A stretch of DNA of 64,000 bases from an uncultured delta proteobacterium (GTDB taxonomy: Bacteria; Myxococcota_A; UBA9160; SMWR01), in assembly GCA_963832165.1 (NCBI GenBank), contig CAWHTE010000003.1, positions 96,001 to 160,000 on the forward strand. The letters are read 5' to 3'. Each line of letters starts with the position of its first letter. The stretch's first letter is position 1. Shown one piece after another: positions 31,718-42,881 of this stretch. A program made the translations under genes and the position numbers. The notes below the pieces were generated by a model. The model had not been told where the DNA came from. It did not search any database and worked only from the letters and a program-made list of their open reading frames with translations.

Positions 31718-31940
31718 GCTGCAAAAATTGCAGCTGCACGGGCAACGAGGCTGCGCCGTTCACCAGGTGCATCGACAGCATGAGCTCCAGTCCCCAGGAG
31801 TCGCCATGATGCGCAGCGCGAAGTGACGAGATCAAGAAGATTTGGGCTTTCCGACGGAAAATAAGCCAGCGAACGACCGTTTCAGGGTCGTTTGGTTAGA
31901 TAACCAAATCATCTTTTCTGGCAATTAGTTAGGTACCTAA
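31718..31940. promoter_or_regulatory. AT-rich divergent control region with multiple palindromes
   Basis: GCTGCAA-AAA-TTGCAGC (31718-34), TTTCCG-A-CGGAAA (31848-60), AACGACC-N7-GGTCGTT (31872-92), TTTGGTTA-GA-TAACCAAA (31891-908) and TTAGGTACCTAA (31929-40). Confidence 0.55.
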
Positions 31941-32043
31941 TCAGCCGTTGGTGTTAATCTGCGTCGCCATCCGGGGGGACGAGGGGGGACAGGCACCTTC
32001 GTCGACTAGCGGAACAGCGGCAGCGACAGAACGGCGGGACAAG

Positions 32044-33484
32044 TTGTTGGGCAGCAGCCGGACGCGCGGTCATCATCGCTTCCACGAGCACGGAATGGTG
32101 CTCGCGCTCGTGGGACTCCTGGATGTTCTCTGCATCATGAGCGCCGGGTTAGTTGCGGCCCCGCTCTCCAACCTGATGCGCGGCGAGGTCGTCGTTCCGC
32201 TGCCGCTCGGCGCACACTATTTCGCCGCGATCAGCATGGCCGGCGCGGTGGGTCTCGCGGTCACGACCTGGCTCGGCGCCTACCGCGCGCGGCGCGGCAT
32301 GTCTCTGTGGAGCGAGCTGCGCCTGCTGTTCATGGCGGTCGTCGTGGACTTCATCTGGCTCGGCGCGTTGGCGCTCGGCTCGCAGTCGGGCGCGATGTAC
32401 TCGCGGACCTGGTTCGCGGTGTGGTTCCTGCTCTGTGTCGGCCTGCTGTCGTTCGGGCGCATCGGTCTGCGCTGGACGCAGCGCGCGCTGCGACAGCGCG
32501 GCTTCGACAGCAAGCGCATCATCCTGGTCGGTAGCGGCAACCTCGTCACCATGGTGGCCGACAACCTCAAGGCCAACTCCTGGTCGGGTTTCGAAGTGCT
32601 CGGCTACTTCGGGGGCGAGCTGATCGACGAGCGCGATGATCTGACGCATCTGGGAGACCTCGAGGAGGTGCGGACCTACCTGACTGCATATCGCGAGCAC
32701 GTCGACCAGGTCTGGATCGCGATGCCGATGAGCTCGGGAGAAGAGATCGCGAAGCTGCTCGACACGCTGAGGCAGTCGACGGTCGACATCCGCCTCGTGC
32801 CGGACGTGTTCGGCTATCAGCTGCTGAACTACTCGATGGACGAGATCGTGGGCCTTCCCGTGCTCAACATCTCCTATTCCCCGTTCTCGGGTCACTCCCG
32901 GTACCTGAAGGACGCGGTCGACAAGGTGATGGCGCTCGGCGCGCTCGCCGTCGTCGGGCCCGTGATGCTCGTGATCGCCGCCGCGATCAAGCTCACTTCT
33001 CGCGGCCCCGTGCTGTTCGCGCAGCTGCGCCACGGCTGGGACGGGCGGCCGATCACCGTCTACAAGTTCCGCACGATGCGGCAGGGCTCGGCGCGCGACG
33101 ACATTCGACCAGGCCACGCGCAGCGATCCGCGCATCACGCGCCTGGGTGGGTTCCTGCGCCGGACCAGCCTCGACGAGCTGCCGCAGCTGTTCAACGTGC
33201 TGCTGGGCGACATGTCGGTGGTCGGCCCGCGGCCGCACCCCGTGCTCATGAACGAGCACTACGAGAAAGAGCTCGACCGCTACATGCTGCGCCACAAGGT
33301 CAAGCCCGGGATCACCGGATGGGCGCAGGCCAACGGCTATCGCGGCGAGACGGACACGCGGCGCAAGATCGAGAAGCGGCTCGAGTACGACCTGTACTAC
33401 ATCGAGCACTGGTCGATCTGGTTCGACCTCGAGATCATCTTGCTGACCCTCGTGCGCGGGATCTTCAGCCGGAACGCCTACTGA
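32044..33484 (+). CDS. wcaJ: Undecaprenyl-phosphate glucose phosphotransferase (priming glycosyltransferase) (frameshift ~33100; start uncertain)
   Basis: N-terminal TMs, ILVGSG, VDQVWIAMP, GPVLFAQ.R.G, YKFRTM, then LDELPQLFNVL.GDMSVVGPRP, KPGITGWAQ and DLYYIEHWS. Confidence 0.9.
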
Positions 33485-33510
33485 TCCTTGCGGATCGTGT
33501 AGACCCGCGT

Positions 33511-34630
33511 TCACGACGCCGCGAGCGTGTCGCGGATGCGCTCGCCGACCCGGGTCCAGGTATGGGCGCGCGCGAATGCCGCCGCGTCGCGCGCGACGCG
33601 TTCGTGGAGGGTGTCGTCTTCGAGGCAGGTGGCGATCTGTTCGGCGAGGTCGCCGACGTCGTCGCCGCGCCAGATCGCGCCGCCGATCCCGGGCTCGACG
33701 AGCTCGGGCATCGCGAACGCATCGCGGCCGACGCAGGGAATCCCCGAGGCCCTGGCTTCGAGGAACACGATCCCATAGGCCTCGAACCGCGACGGCATCA
33801 CGAACAGATCGTGGGAGCGGAACAGCTCACGGATCTCCGGCTGCGTGCGCGGGCCGACGAACTCGACGCCCGGCGGAGGCGGGTCCTTCAGGGGCCACGT
33901 GGGTGGGCCCGCGATCGTCAGGCTCACGCGCGGCGCGCCGCGGTTCAGGCGCTCCACGGCGGCGAGCAGCCAGTCGCCGCCCTTGCGCAGGAACTCGCGG
34001 CCCACGAACAGGATCCGCTTGCGCTCGCGCGTCGGGCGAATTTCGCGCGGCGGGAGCGTCTGATAGTCCGGCGAGATCCCGAACCCCACGACGTGAATCC
34101 GCTCCGCGGGCACGTGTCCGCAGCGCTGCAGGAACTGCCGGTACCACTCGCTCACCGCGAAGACGCCCTGGATCTCCGCGAACGCTTTGCGCTGCTCCTC
34201 CGCGAGGCGCTCGATCGTCGCGCGCCTGGCAGGCACGGTCGTGACGCGATCGTGCCCCACGACGTCGTAGTGCTCGAGTGCGACCGCGTAGTTCATGTCC
34301 TGGTAGACGTAGGTGGGCGCGCTCGTCGGCACCGCGAGCTCGGCGAGCTTCGAGCACGGCACGGGGCCGCAACCGGTCCACCGCGCGACGGACACGCCGG
34401 GCCTCGAGGGCGCGATAGGCCGGAGCGTATTTCCAGGGCCGCTGCCCCACGGCCGTCAGGATGCCCGCCAGGAGCGCCTGCAGTGGGAGCGGCGGCTGAC
34501 CGTCGACGTCGTGCACCGCGATGCCGGCCTCGACCAGGGCGGCCCGCAGCTGGAGCGGAATGAACGACCAGGTCGGGGCCCGGGGCCGCCACCAGGAACA
34601 CGCGAACGCGAGGTCGAGGGTCGCCGTCAT
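33511..34630 (-). CDS. Glycosyltransferase family 4 (frameshift ~34355)
   Basis: ILFVGREFLRKGG and FVMPSRFEAYGIVFLEA. Confidence 0.85.
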
Positions 34631-34631
34631 G

Positions 34632-35418
34632 CTACGCCAAGGGCCGCGAGTCAGGCGGAATCGCGAACAGCCGGATCAGCCCCTGGTCGCGTTGGTCGTC
34701 CAGCCGGGTCTGATCGAGGGCCGCAGTATCTGGGCCGCACTCGAAGACCTTGTACCCATGGCCGCCCAGCAGCGCTTGAGCCGCGTCCCGATCGGCGGGC
34801 GACAGGTGGCAGCTTTCGTACACGATCATGCGCGGGCGCCAGCGCGTGAAGTCGATCGTCTTGAGGATCTCGAAGTCGTAGCCCTCCGTGTCGATCTGGA
34901 GCAGGTCGACCCCCGCGAGCCTCGTGGCGGCGGCACAGCTCGTCGAACGTCAGGCACGGCACCGGGGTCTCCACGATCCGCGCCTCTATGTCCGGCACGG
35001 CATCTGCGTGCTTGAGGATGACTTCGCGCCGGAACGAGCCGAGGACGTGGTACCAGCGCCAGACCTTCTCGCCTGGCAGCGCTTCGCGCAGGTGATAGAA
35101 GGGCAGGACCCCGGGGCGGGCGGCGATCGCGGACATCTCGAGGCGGATCCGCGCGTGCTCGCCGTACTTCTCGCGCAGCTTGCGGAACACGTAGGGGACG
35201 GGCTCGACCATCACGCCGCGCCAGCGCCGCCGCTCGATCTGCAGGCGCAGGGGATCCCCGGTGTCGCCGTCGTTCGCGCCGATCTGCACGAAGACCGCCT
35301 CGGGATACGCGGCGCCGAATCGGTGCACCGCGCGCTCGATATCGTTCTGGGGCAGACCGAGGAACCTCGTGAGCCGGCGCCACGCCTTCACCCGGAGTGA
35401 GCCCTTCAGGAGTTCCAT
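34632..35418 (-). CDS. FkbM family methyltransferase (frameshift ~34915)
   Basis: FVQIGANDG..DP, GVMVEP, then LLQIDTEGYDFEILK and IVYE. Confidence 0.85.
34848..34895. repeat. 48-bp near-identical segment also at 49760-49807 (paralogous FkbM genes)
   Basis: GAAGTCGATC[G/A]TCTTGAGGATCTCGAAGTCGTAGCC[C/T]TCCGTGTCGAT, two mismatches. Confidence 0.8.
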
Positions 35419-35589
35419 ACCGGCCTCGGGCAAACCTAGGAGGGCGGCGATGGTAGGGCGCTTCCAGCTCGATGGCGGGAAGGAGTGCGGATCGGACTCC
35501 AGGCGCCCCCGGTGACGGTCGACGATGTGGGCTAGAAGTGTCTGCCGCGCACCTCGCGCCGAGGCGCCGCCATCTGAAGCTGTCGGGTC

Positions 35590-36709
35590 ATGACGAGCAA
35601 GTGCGAAGCTGCCGGTGACGATCGGTTCTGGTTCGGCAAGCGCGTTCTGATCACGGGCGGAGACGGCTTCGTCGCGGCCAACATGGCCGTGGAGCTATTG
35701 CGGCGCAACGCCAACGTGACGCTCGTCGTTCGGCATCACCGGCCCGTCTCCACGATGGAGATGCTCGGCGACGAGCCGGATACGGGGCCGACCTGGAGCA
35801 CTCCGACCTCATGAACTTCATCGAGGTCCAGAAGATCTGCAATCGCCATCAGATCGACACGATCTTCCATCTCGCTGCCTCGGCGGTGGTGGGTGAGGCG
35901 GCCAACGCGCCGATCAGCACCTGCGAGAACAACATCATCCCGACGCTGAATCTGCTCGAGGCCGCGCGCATCAACAAGATTCCGCGCGTGATCGTGGCTT
36001 CGACGGACAAGTCCTACGGCGATCATGCGGACGACGACGATCCGGAGCGGATCCCCTACACCGAGAGCTTCGCGCTGCGCGGTCTCGACGTGTACAGCGC
36101 ATCGAAGGTCTGTGCGGACATGATCGCGCAGACCTATGCATTCCAGTTCAAGCTGCCGGTGCTCGTGGTGCGGCCCTGCAACATCTTCGGACCCGGCGAT
36201 CTGAATTTCACCCGCCTGATTCCGCGCACGATCCTCCGGCTCATGCAGGGCTCGCAGCCCGTGATCAATCAGGGCAACGATCGCGTGCTGCGCGAGTTCA
36301 TCTACATCGACGATCTCGTGAACGCGTATCTCTTTCTCGCGGAGAACCTGGAGCGCCACTACGCCTCGCCGCTGCCCCAGCGGGGCCGCGCCACGTATGG
36401 CTGGATCGCCTACAACGCCGGCTCGTACGTCCGCAGCAGCGGCGACCCGCGCTAGAGTCCCAACATCCGCAACGTCGTCGAGGTGATCGAGGCGATCAAG
36501 AAGAAGCTCGGCGTCGACGTCGAATCGGTGGTGATTCCGAAGCCGGCCAACTTCATCGAGATTCCCGATCAGTACCTGGATTCGTCGAAGCTCGCCGCGC
36601 TGGGATTCCGCCGCGCGTCACGTTCGATCAGGGTCTCGACCGCGCGATCGATTGGTACAAGGCGAACCACGGGTACCTGGCCAAGCTCGGCTACAAGTAC
36701 CTGACCTAG
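35590..36709 (+). CDS. NAD-dependent NDP-sugar epimerase/dehydratase (CDP-glucose 4,6-dehydratase-like); frameshifts ~35790 and ~36615, in-frame TAG at 36453
   Basis: FWFGKRVLITGGDGF, IFHLAA, ASTDKSYG, YSASK, RPCNIFGPGD, REFIYIDD, EIPDQYLDSSK and GLDRAIDWY. Confidence 0.8.
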
Positions 36710-36718
36710 CTGCGCGAC

Positions 36719-37810
36719 TCAGGCCGCCGCGCCCAGCAGATCGAGCAGGCGATCGGTGATGACGCCGGGATCGCAATGCTTTGCGATCAGCGCCCGGCCC
36801 TCCGCGACCTGCCGGGCGGACTCGGCCGCGTCGAGAGACAGCGCGGCGTGCGCGAGCTTCTCGACGTCGTGCTCGCCGAAGCAGTACCGGTTCTGCCACG
36901 GCAGGACTTCGAACAAGCCGCCGTGGGCCACGGAGCAGACCACGGGAATGCCGCGCGCGAGGGCTTCGAGCGGAATCATGCCCAGCGCGTCCCATTCCGT
37001 GTTGAACAGCTGCACGTCGAGCGCGCGGTAGAAGCGGTCCATGTCGCCCTGCCAATCGAGCCACGTGATTCGCCCGTCGAGACCCAGCTCCCTTGCGAAC
37101 GCCTGCAGCGCACCGCGCTCGGGGCCATCTCCGCCCAGCACGAAATGCGCATCGGGTCGGGCTGCGGCGATGCGAGCCGCCGTGCGCAGGAACACGTCGA
37201 AGCGTTTGACCGGCACCTGCCGTCCGGCATTGCCGATGATCCACGCCTGCGCAGGGAGTCCCAGGCGCGCTCGCGCGTCGAGACGTTGCTCGGGCGTCGT
37301 GAGCGGATGCAGATCGATGGGCGCGAGCAGAATGCTGCTGCGGGATCGCATCGGCGGGAACAGCTTCACTGCTTCCTCGCGCGTGAAATCGGTGAGGAAG
37401 GCGAGCTTGGGGTACGCGAGGAAGGCCAGCAGATAGTTGATCCGCCAGCTCCGGACGGCTTTTGCGCCGGCATGGTGGTGAAGGATGTAATAGGCTTTGC
37501 GCGGCACATGGCACGAGAGCGCCACGAGCGTGGTGACCAGCCGATGTCCCATCTGAAACAATGCGTCGGGCTGGTAGCGGGCAATGATGCGCCGGATGCC
37601 ACGTAAAGGCCGGAAGCCCCAAATGCTTGCGGAAGTCGAAGTCGTAAGAGGGAATGTCGGCTTCGGCGAGCAGAGGCGCTAGTCCTTCGATGGGCTCGAG
37701 CGAGACCACCTCGCAATGGTGACCGCGCGGCTTGAGCTGCTTCATCAGGTAGAGCGCAACCCGTTCCGTGCCTCCGGCCTTCCACACTGCAGAGCGAATA
37801 GGAATTTCAC
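36719..37810 (-). CDS. Glycosyltransferase family 4 (frameshifts ~37790 and ~37590)
   Basis: GGTER N-terminus, IGNAGRQVPVKRFD, GDGPER and DALGMIPLEALA. Confidence 0.82.
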
Positions 37811-37941
37811 GTTGATCTGAGCAAGCGGATTCAGTTTGCTTTCCGCACGGTCGACTTTATATCAGAATCCGTCTCCCCCGTGGTGCACGAGAGATCACGT
37901 CCATGCACAGACGCCGTCCGGTACCCGGGGTGCAGAGGAAG

Positions 37942-39169
37942 ATGCGCGGTCGGCTCCATCTCGGGGCATTTCTCGCCACCGCGCTGATGCTCGGCGCGGC
38001 TCGCGCAGAGGAACCGGCTACGACGGGAATCGATCTGGGCTCGGGCCTGCGCTTCGACGCCGGCCTGCAGAACGACGTCCGCTGGACGGACAACATGTAC
38101 TTGAGCGAGGACGACGAGGTCGACGCCACGGGCTACATGCTGCGACCGAGCACCTGGCTGTCGTACCTGAGCGGCAACGCAGGTGGCCGCCTCGGCTACC
38201 GGGGCGAGATCGGGATCTGGGATTCGCCCACCGACGACGATTACGTCGACACCGAGGCGTTTGCGGCCGGCGGCATCCAGCCGCTGACCAAGCACGCGCT
38301 CGAGGGCGATGCGGCCTACAAGCGCGGGCACGATCCGATCGGCACCGGCCGCACGCAGGGGCTCACAGAGGCGCAGGTCCGCGACCGCGAGATCGACCTC
38401 TGGGACAGCTACAAAGCCGCCCTGAAATACACCTACGGCGCCGCCGAGACGAAGCTCAGACCCTTCCTGCGCACGAGCTTCACGGCCACGCACTACCAGT
38501 CGAATCGCAAGGACCCGGCAGATCCCGCCACAGGGACTCGATTTCTCGACAACACCTACTTGCTGGTCGGTGGCGGGTTGTTCTTTGCGCTAGGGCCGAG
38601 GATCGGCTTCCTGGTCGACGCCGAACACACGGAGATCGAGTACGACACGGATCTCGATCCCGCGTTGGACGGGAGTCACACGCAGGCCCTGGCGGGATTC
38701 CGCTATCAGATCAGCGCGAAGACCCACGGCGACGTCCTTGCCGGCTATTTCTTCCGCAATTTCGATGACGGGGACCGCGAAGATGCAGACGGGCTCGACT
38801 GGCGGGTGGCGCTGAACTGGGCGCCGAGGAGGCGGACAGCGCTCTCTCTCGAGCTGGGCCGCGTCGCGGCCGACGCGATTCTGCTAGGCGAGAACTTCAT
38901 CGACCGGCAATTCGCGCGCCTTAGGCTGGCGTCAGGGCTGGACGACCCGGTTCTCCTCCGAGACCAGCGCGATGTTCGTTCGGGACGACTTCAAGGGGTC
39001 CCAGCGCGAAGATGATCTGCTCAAGGCGGGGCTTACCCTGTATTATGCTCTGAGCAGGCGATGGACCATCCGCGGCGGCGTGGAGTACACGACACGGGAT
39101 GCCGACTCCGTCAGCGGATTCGACTATGACAGCAACATCGTCTTCGCGGGCCTGGACATCAGGCTGTAG
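37942..39169 (+). CDS. Outer membrane beta-barrel of polysaccharide export (EpsX/VpsM-like) (frameshift ~38925)
   Basis: Signal peptide, DN.Y N-terminal motif, alternating aromatic beta-strands, C-terminal TTRD.DS...DYDSNIVFAGLDIRL; directly upstream of OPX and Wzc. Confidence 0.75.
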
Positions 39170-39203
39170 CGCGCGTCCCCGATCGACGCGCGAGCCGCGC
39201 AGG

Positions 39204-39789
39204 TTGCGCGCGTTGGCGCTGTTCCTGGTGCTCGCGCTCGCAGCCGACCGTCGCTGCGGCACAGCCGGCGCAGACCCAGACCGCCGCGATGGAGCCCGCC
39301 GTGGCTCCGGCGAGCGTGGTGCCGACGCGGCCGGACTACAAGATCGGCGTAGGCGACTTGATCCAGATCCAGGTCCACGACGAGCAGGACCTCACGCTCC
39401 AGACGCGCTTGGACTCGAAGGGAACTATCACGTACCCGTTTCTCGGAGAGCTCAGCGTCGCGGGATCCACGGTGCGAGGGCTCGAGAAGAAGATCGCCGA
39501 CGGCCTGAAGGACGGCGAGTACCTGCTGGCACCCGACGTACAGGTGGTGGTCCTCGAGTATCGGCCCTTCTACGTGAACGGTGAGGTCCAGCGGCCGGGC
39601 GGCTTCCCCTGCACTCCGGATCTGACCGTGCAGAAGGCGGTCTCCCTGGCGGGCGGCCTCACCGACTACGCCTCGAAGAACCGGATGTATCTGGTCCGCG
39701 AGGAGAGCCCGGAGGATCGCGAGCGGGTCACGATGGAGACGCTGGTACGGCCCGGAGACACCTTGATCATCGAGGAGGGCCTCTTCTGA
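39204..39789 (+). CDS. Short polysaccharide export (OPX) protein, Poly_export + SLBB (frameshift ~39245)
   Basis: YKIGVGD.I.I.V..E.DL, G.ITYPFLG, YRPFYVNGEVQRPGGFP and AVSLAGG. No C-terminal outer-membrane helix. Confidence 0.85.
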
Positions 39790-39838
39790 GGTCCCCGGCG
39801 CGCCATCGCCCGATTCCTCGCACGCGCCGGGTCTGCTG

Positions 39839-41935
39839 ATGGCCGGCGATCAACAGCTCTTGCTGATCGATCCGATGCGCCAGCTCCGGATCCTGTTGCG
39901 CTACTGGTGGCAGATCCTCGGCGCGATCGCGATCGGCGTGCTCGGCACGTTGGTGGCGTCCTACATCGCGACGCCGGTCTACCGCGGCAGCGCGACGCTC
40001 TTGATCGAGAGCCAGGCGGCCAACGTCATCAAGATCGACGAAGTCTACGAGCCCGGAACGGGAACCCTCGTGGAGGAGCACAAGAACACCCAGGTCGAGA
40101 TCCTGCGCTCGCGCGCGCTCGCCGAGCAGGTGTTCGAGAACCTGAATCTGGCCCAATACCCGGAGTACGAGAGCGAGGACGGCGAGGACTCGATTCACGA
40201 TCGGATCAAGGGTCTGATGGACAACATCGAGATCGAGCCGGTGCTCCACACGGCTCTGATCAAGATCCACGCGGACGCCGAAGATCCCGAGCTCGCCGCC
40301 AAGATTGCGAACGCGGTCGTGGCGGCGTACATCGCGAGCGACAAGAGCGCGCGCGGCGATGTCACGAACGAGGCCACGGAATGGCTCACGCAGCGGCTCG
40401 CAGAGATCAAGGCGGATCTCGAGCGCTCCGAGAAGGCCCTTCAGGGCTTCTACGATACCGAGGAGCTCGTCAACGTCGGCGGTGCGCGCGGCCTCGTCGA
40501 GGACGAGACCTCGGACAACGCGAAGAAGCTCCGGGAGGCGAGGCGGACCAGCACCGAGCTCGAGAACGTGCACAAGCGGATTCTCGAGGCCGGAAACAAC
40601 GTCGATCTCCTGCAGCAGATCCCCGCGATCCAGCAGGAGCCGCTGGTCCAGGCGACGAAGAGGAGCTTCCTCGACGCACGCGGGGAAGTGGGTGCGCTCG
40701 AGACGCGCTACGGCAGGCGCCATCCCAAGCTGATCGCCGCGAACGCGCGCCTCGAAGAAGCGCGCGGCGCCTATGAGAGGCAGCTGCGCATCGCGGCAGA
40801 CGGCGTCCGCTCCCAGTTCCAGATCGCGCGCACGAACGAAACGTCACTGGCCGGTGTGGTCGAGGTATCCCGCAACCAGATCCAGAGCCTCGATCGCAAG
40901 CAGCACGAGTTCGAGTTGTTGCAGCGCGAGGTGGATACGAACCGCAGGCTGTTCGACACCTTCTTCGAGCGGATCAAGGAAGCCGACATCGCGGGCAACC
41001 TCGACATCGGCAAGACGCGCACGATCGAGCTGGCCATCGCGCCCGAGAAGCCGTTCAAACCGAAGCGGCGGATCTGGCTGCTGACGGCCGCGGTCGTCGG
41101 GTCGTTGCTCGCCGTGTCGGGGGCTTTCCTGCGCGCATTCTTCGACGACACGATCAAGTCGCCGGCCGACCTCGGAGGCGCGACCCGGCTGCCGCTCCTG
41201 ACCGCGCTGCCGATCGTCTCCGATCCGGGCCAGCGAAGCGAGAAGCTGGCGCGGATCGAGATCGAGGATCCCACCGCGGAGTTCTCCGAAGGCGTCCGGA
41301 CGCTGCGAACGCGCATCGTCCTCCACTATTCGGGCCGGGACCCGCGCAGCCTGCTCGTGACCTCCTCGCTCTCGGGTGAGGGCAAGACCAGCGTCGCGCT
41401 GAACCTCGCCGTCGCGATGGGGCGCGTGGAGCGCGTGATCCTGATCGACGGGGATCTGCGCCGACCGTCGATCGGCTCGATGCTCGGCCTGCCCAAGCAG
41501 TCCAAGGGCGTGGTCGACGCGCTCACGGGCGCTGCGCCGCTGTCCGAGTGCATCCATACCTTCGAGGCCGGCAACATCAGCGTGATGCCGAGCCGCGAAT
41601 CCAAGTACGCGCTCGAGCTCTTGAGCTCGCTGCGGTTTGCGCAGCTGCTCAAGGAGCTCGAAGAGAGCTACGACCGGATCGTGATCGACTCTCCGCCGGT
41701 TCAGCCCGTGAGCGATGCGTTGCTCTTGAGCCGCACGGCCAGCGCAGTGGTGTTCCTGATCAAGGCGAACTCCACTCCCACTTCGCTCGTGGCGAACTCG
41801 CTGGATCGGCTCCAGGAAGCCGGCGCGGAGATCGTGGGCGTGGTGCTGAACCAGGCCGACCTGCGCAGGTACTCCGGCCCCGCCTACGGCTACACCTACC
41901 TGCGCGACGAGAGATACGGAACCGCCGAGGCCTAG
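39839..41935 (+). CDS. wzc: Polysaccharide co-polymerase/BY-kinase (Wzc)
   Basis: TM-coiled coil-TM, Walker A SGEGKT, IDGDLRRP, VIDSPP, C-terminal Tyr cluster YSGPAYGYTY. Confidence 0.9.
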   Translation: MAGDQQLLLIDPMRQLRILLRYWWQILGAIAIGVLGTLVASYIATPVYRGSATLLIESQAANVIKIDEVYEPGTGTLVEEHKNTQVEILRSRALAEQVFENLNLAQYPEYESEDGEDSIHDRIKGLMDNIEIEPVLHTALIKIHADAEDPELAAKIANAVVAAYIASDKSARGDVTNEATEWLTQRLAEIKADLERSEKALQGFYDTEELVNVGGARGLVEDETSDNAKKLREARRTSTELENVHKRILEAGNNVDLLQQIPAIQQEPLVQATKRSFLDARGEVGALETRYGRRHPKLIAANARLEEARGAYERQLRIAADGVRSQFQIARTNETSLAGVVEVSRNQIQSLDRKQHEFELLQREVDTNRRLFDTFFERIKEADIAGNLDIGKTRTIELAIAPEKPFKPKRRIWLLTAAVVGSLLAVSGAFLRAFFDDTIKSPADLGGATRLPLLTALPIVSDPGQRSEKLARIEIEDPTAEFSEGVRTLRTRIVLHYSGRDPRSLLVTSSLSGEGKTSVALNLAVAMGRVERVILIDGDLRRPSIGSMLGLPKQSKGVVDALTGAAPLSECIHTFEAGNISVMPSRESKYALELLSSLRFAQLLKELEESYDRIVIDSPPVQPVSDALLLSRTASAVVFLIKANSTPTSLVANSLDRLQEAGAEIVGVVLNQADLRRYSGPAYGYTYLRDERYGTAEA

Positions 41936-41964
41936 CCGAGCTCGGGGCTGGCTGCGTGCAAGCC

Positions 41965-42874
41965 ATGAATTACAACTTCCACACGATACGCGGCATGTTG
42001 CGGTTCATCGTGGGGCACCCGCTGAATCGGGGGCGCCCGGTAGGTGCGGTGTGGCGATACGTTTCCTGGCACTTGGCCAGCCGGATGTTCCCGGGAGGCG
42101 TAGTGCTGCCGTTCGTAAACGACTCGAGACTGATCGTCAGGCCGCGCATGCATGGCGCCACGGCCGCGGTCTATACCGGCCTGCCTGAATACGAGGAGAT
42201 GTCACTACTCCTGCACTTGCTGAGACCGGACGATTTGTTCGTGGACGTCGGCGCCAACGTCGGCATCTTCAGCGTGCTGGCGTCGGCAGTCAGCGGCGCC
42301 CGCACGCTGGCCTTCGAGCCGGTACCCGAGAGCTGCCGATCTCTGCTGGATAATCTGCGCCTGAACGACGTGGAATCGCGCGTCGAGCTGCGGCGTGCGG
42401 CGGTGGGAGCCACCTCCGACAAGGTCCGTTTTCGATCGGACCAGGACACCAACAATCGCGTGCTGGAGAATCCCGCCGACTCTGCATCCAGCATCGAGGT
42501 CGAAATGGTGACACTGGATCAGGAGCTGGATCAGCGCTCGCCTGTCATGGTGAAGATCGATGTCGAAGGATGGGAACACGAGGTCCTGAAGGGTGCCGCC
42601 CGGACCCTCCGCAATCCGACGCTGCTGGCGGTGGTGCTCGAGCTCTTCGGCGGCGGGTCGAGATACGGCAGCAACGACGAGGCTTGCCACCGGATCATGC
42701 TGGAGGCCGGCTTCGAGCCGGTCCATTACGCGCCGGAAACCCGCACATTTCACTCACTGGAGCCGGCAGATCAACCGGGAATCGCTGAATACGCTCTACA
42801 TCAGGAATCCGGCCGAAGTTCAGCGCCGACTCGACGAGGGACGCCGTTTCAGTGTTCTCGGGCGCACCCTGTGA
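41965..42874 (+). CDS. FkbM family methyltransferase (frameshift ~42770)
   Basis: HPLNR, LRPDDLFVDVGANVG, AFEP and KIDVEGWE. Confidence 0.87.
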
Positions 42875-42881
42875 ACGGTCG

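Noticed and set aside
31700..31965. sigma54 promoters for the PEP-CTERM gene or wcaJ
   Set aside because: Candidate GG...GC pairs are spaced 9, 11 or 12 nt instead of the required 10, or lack the GC.
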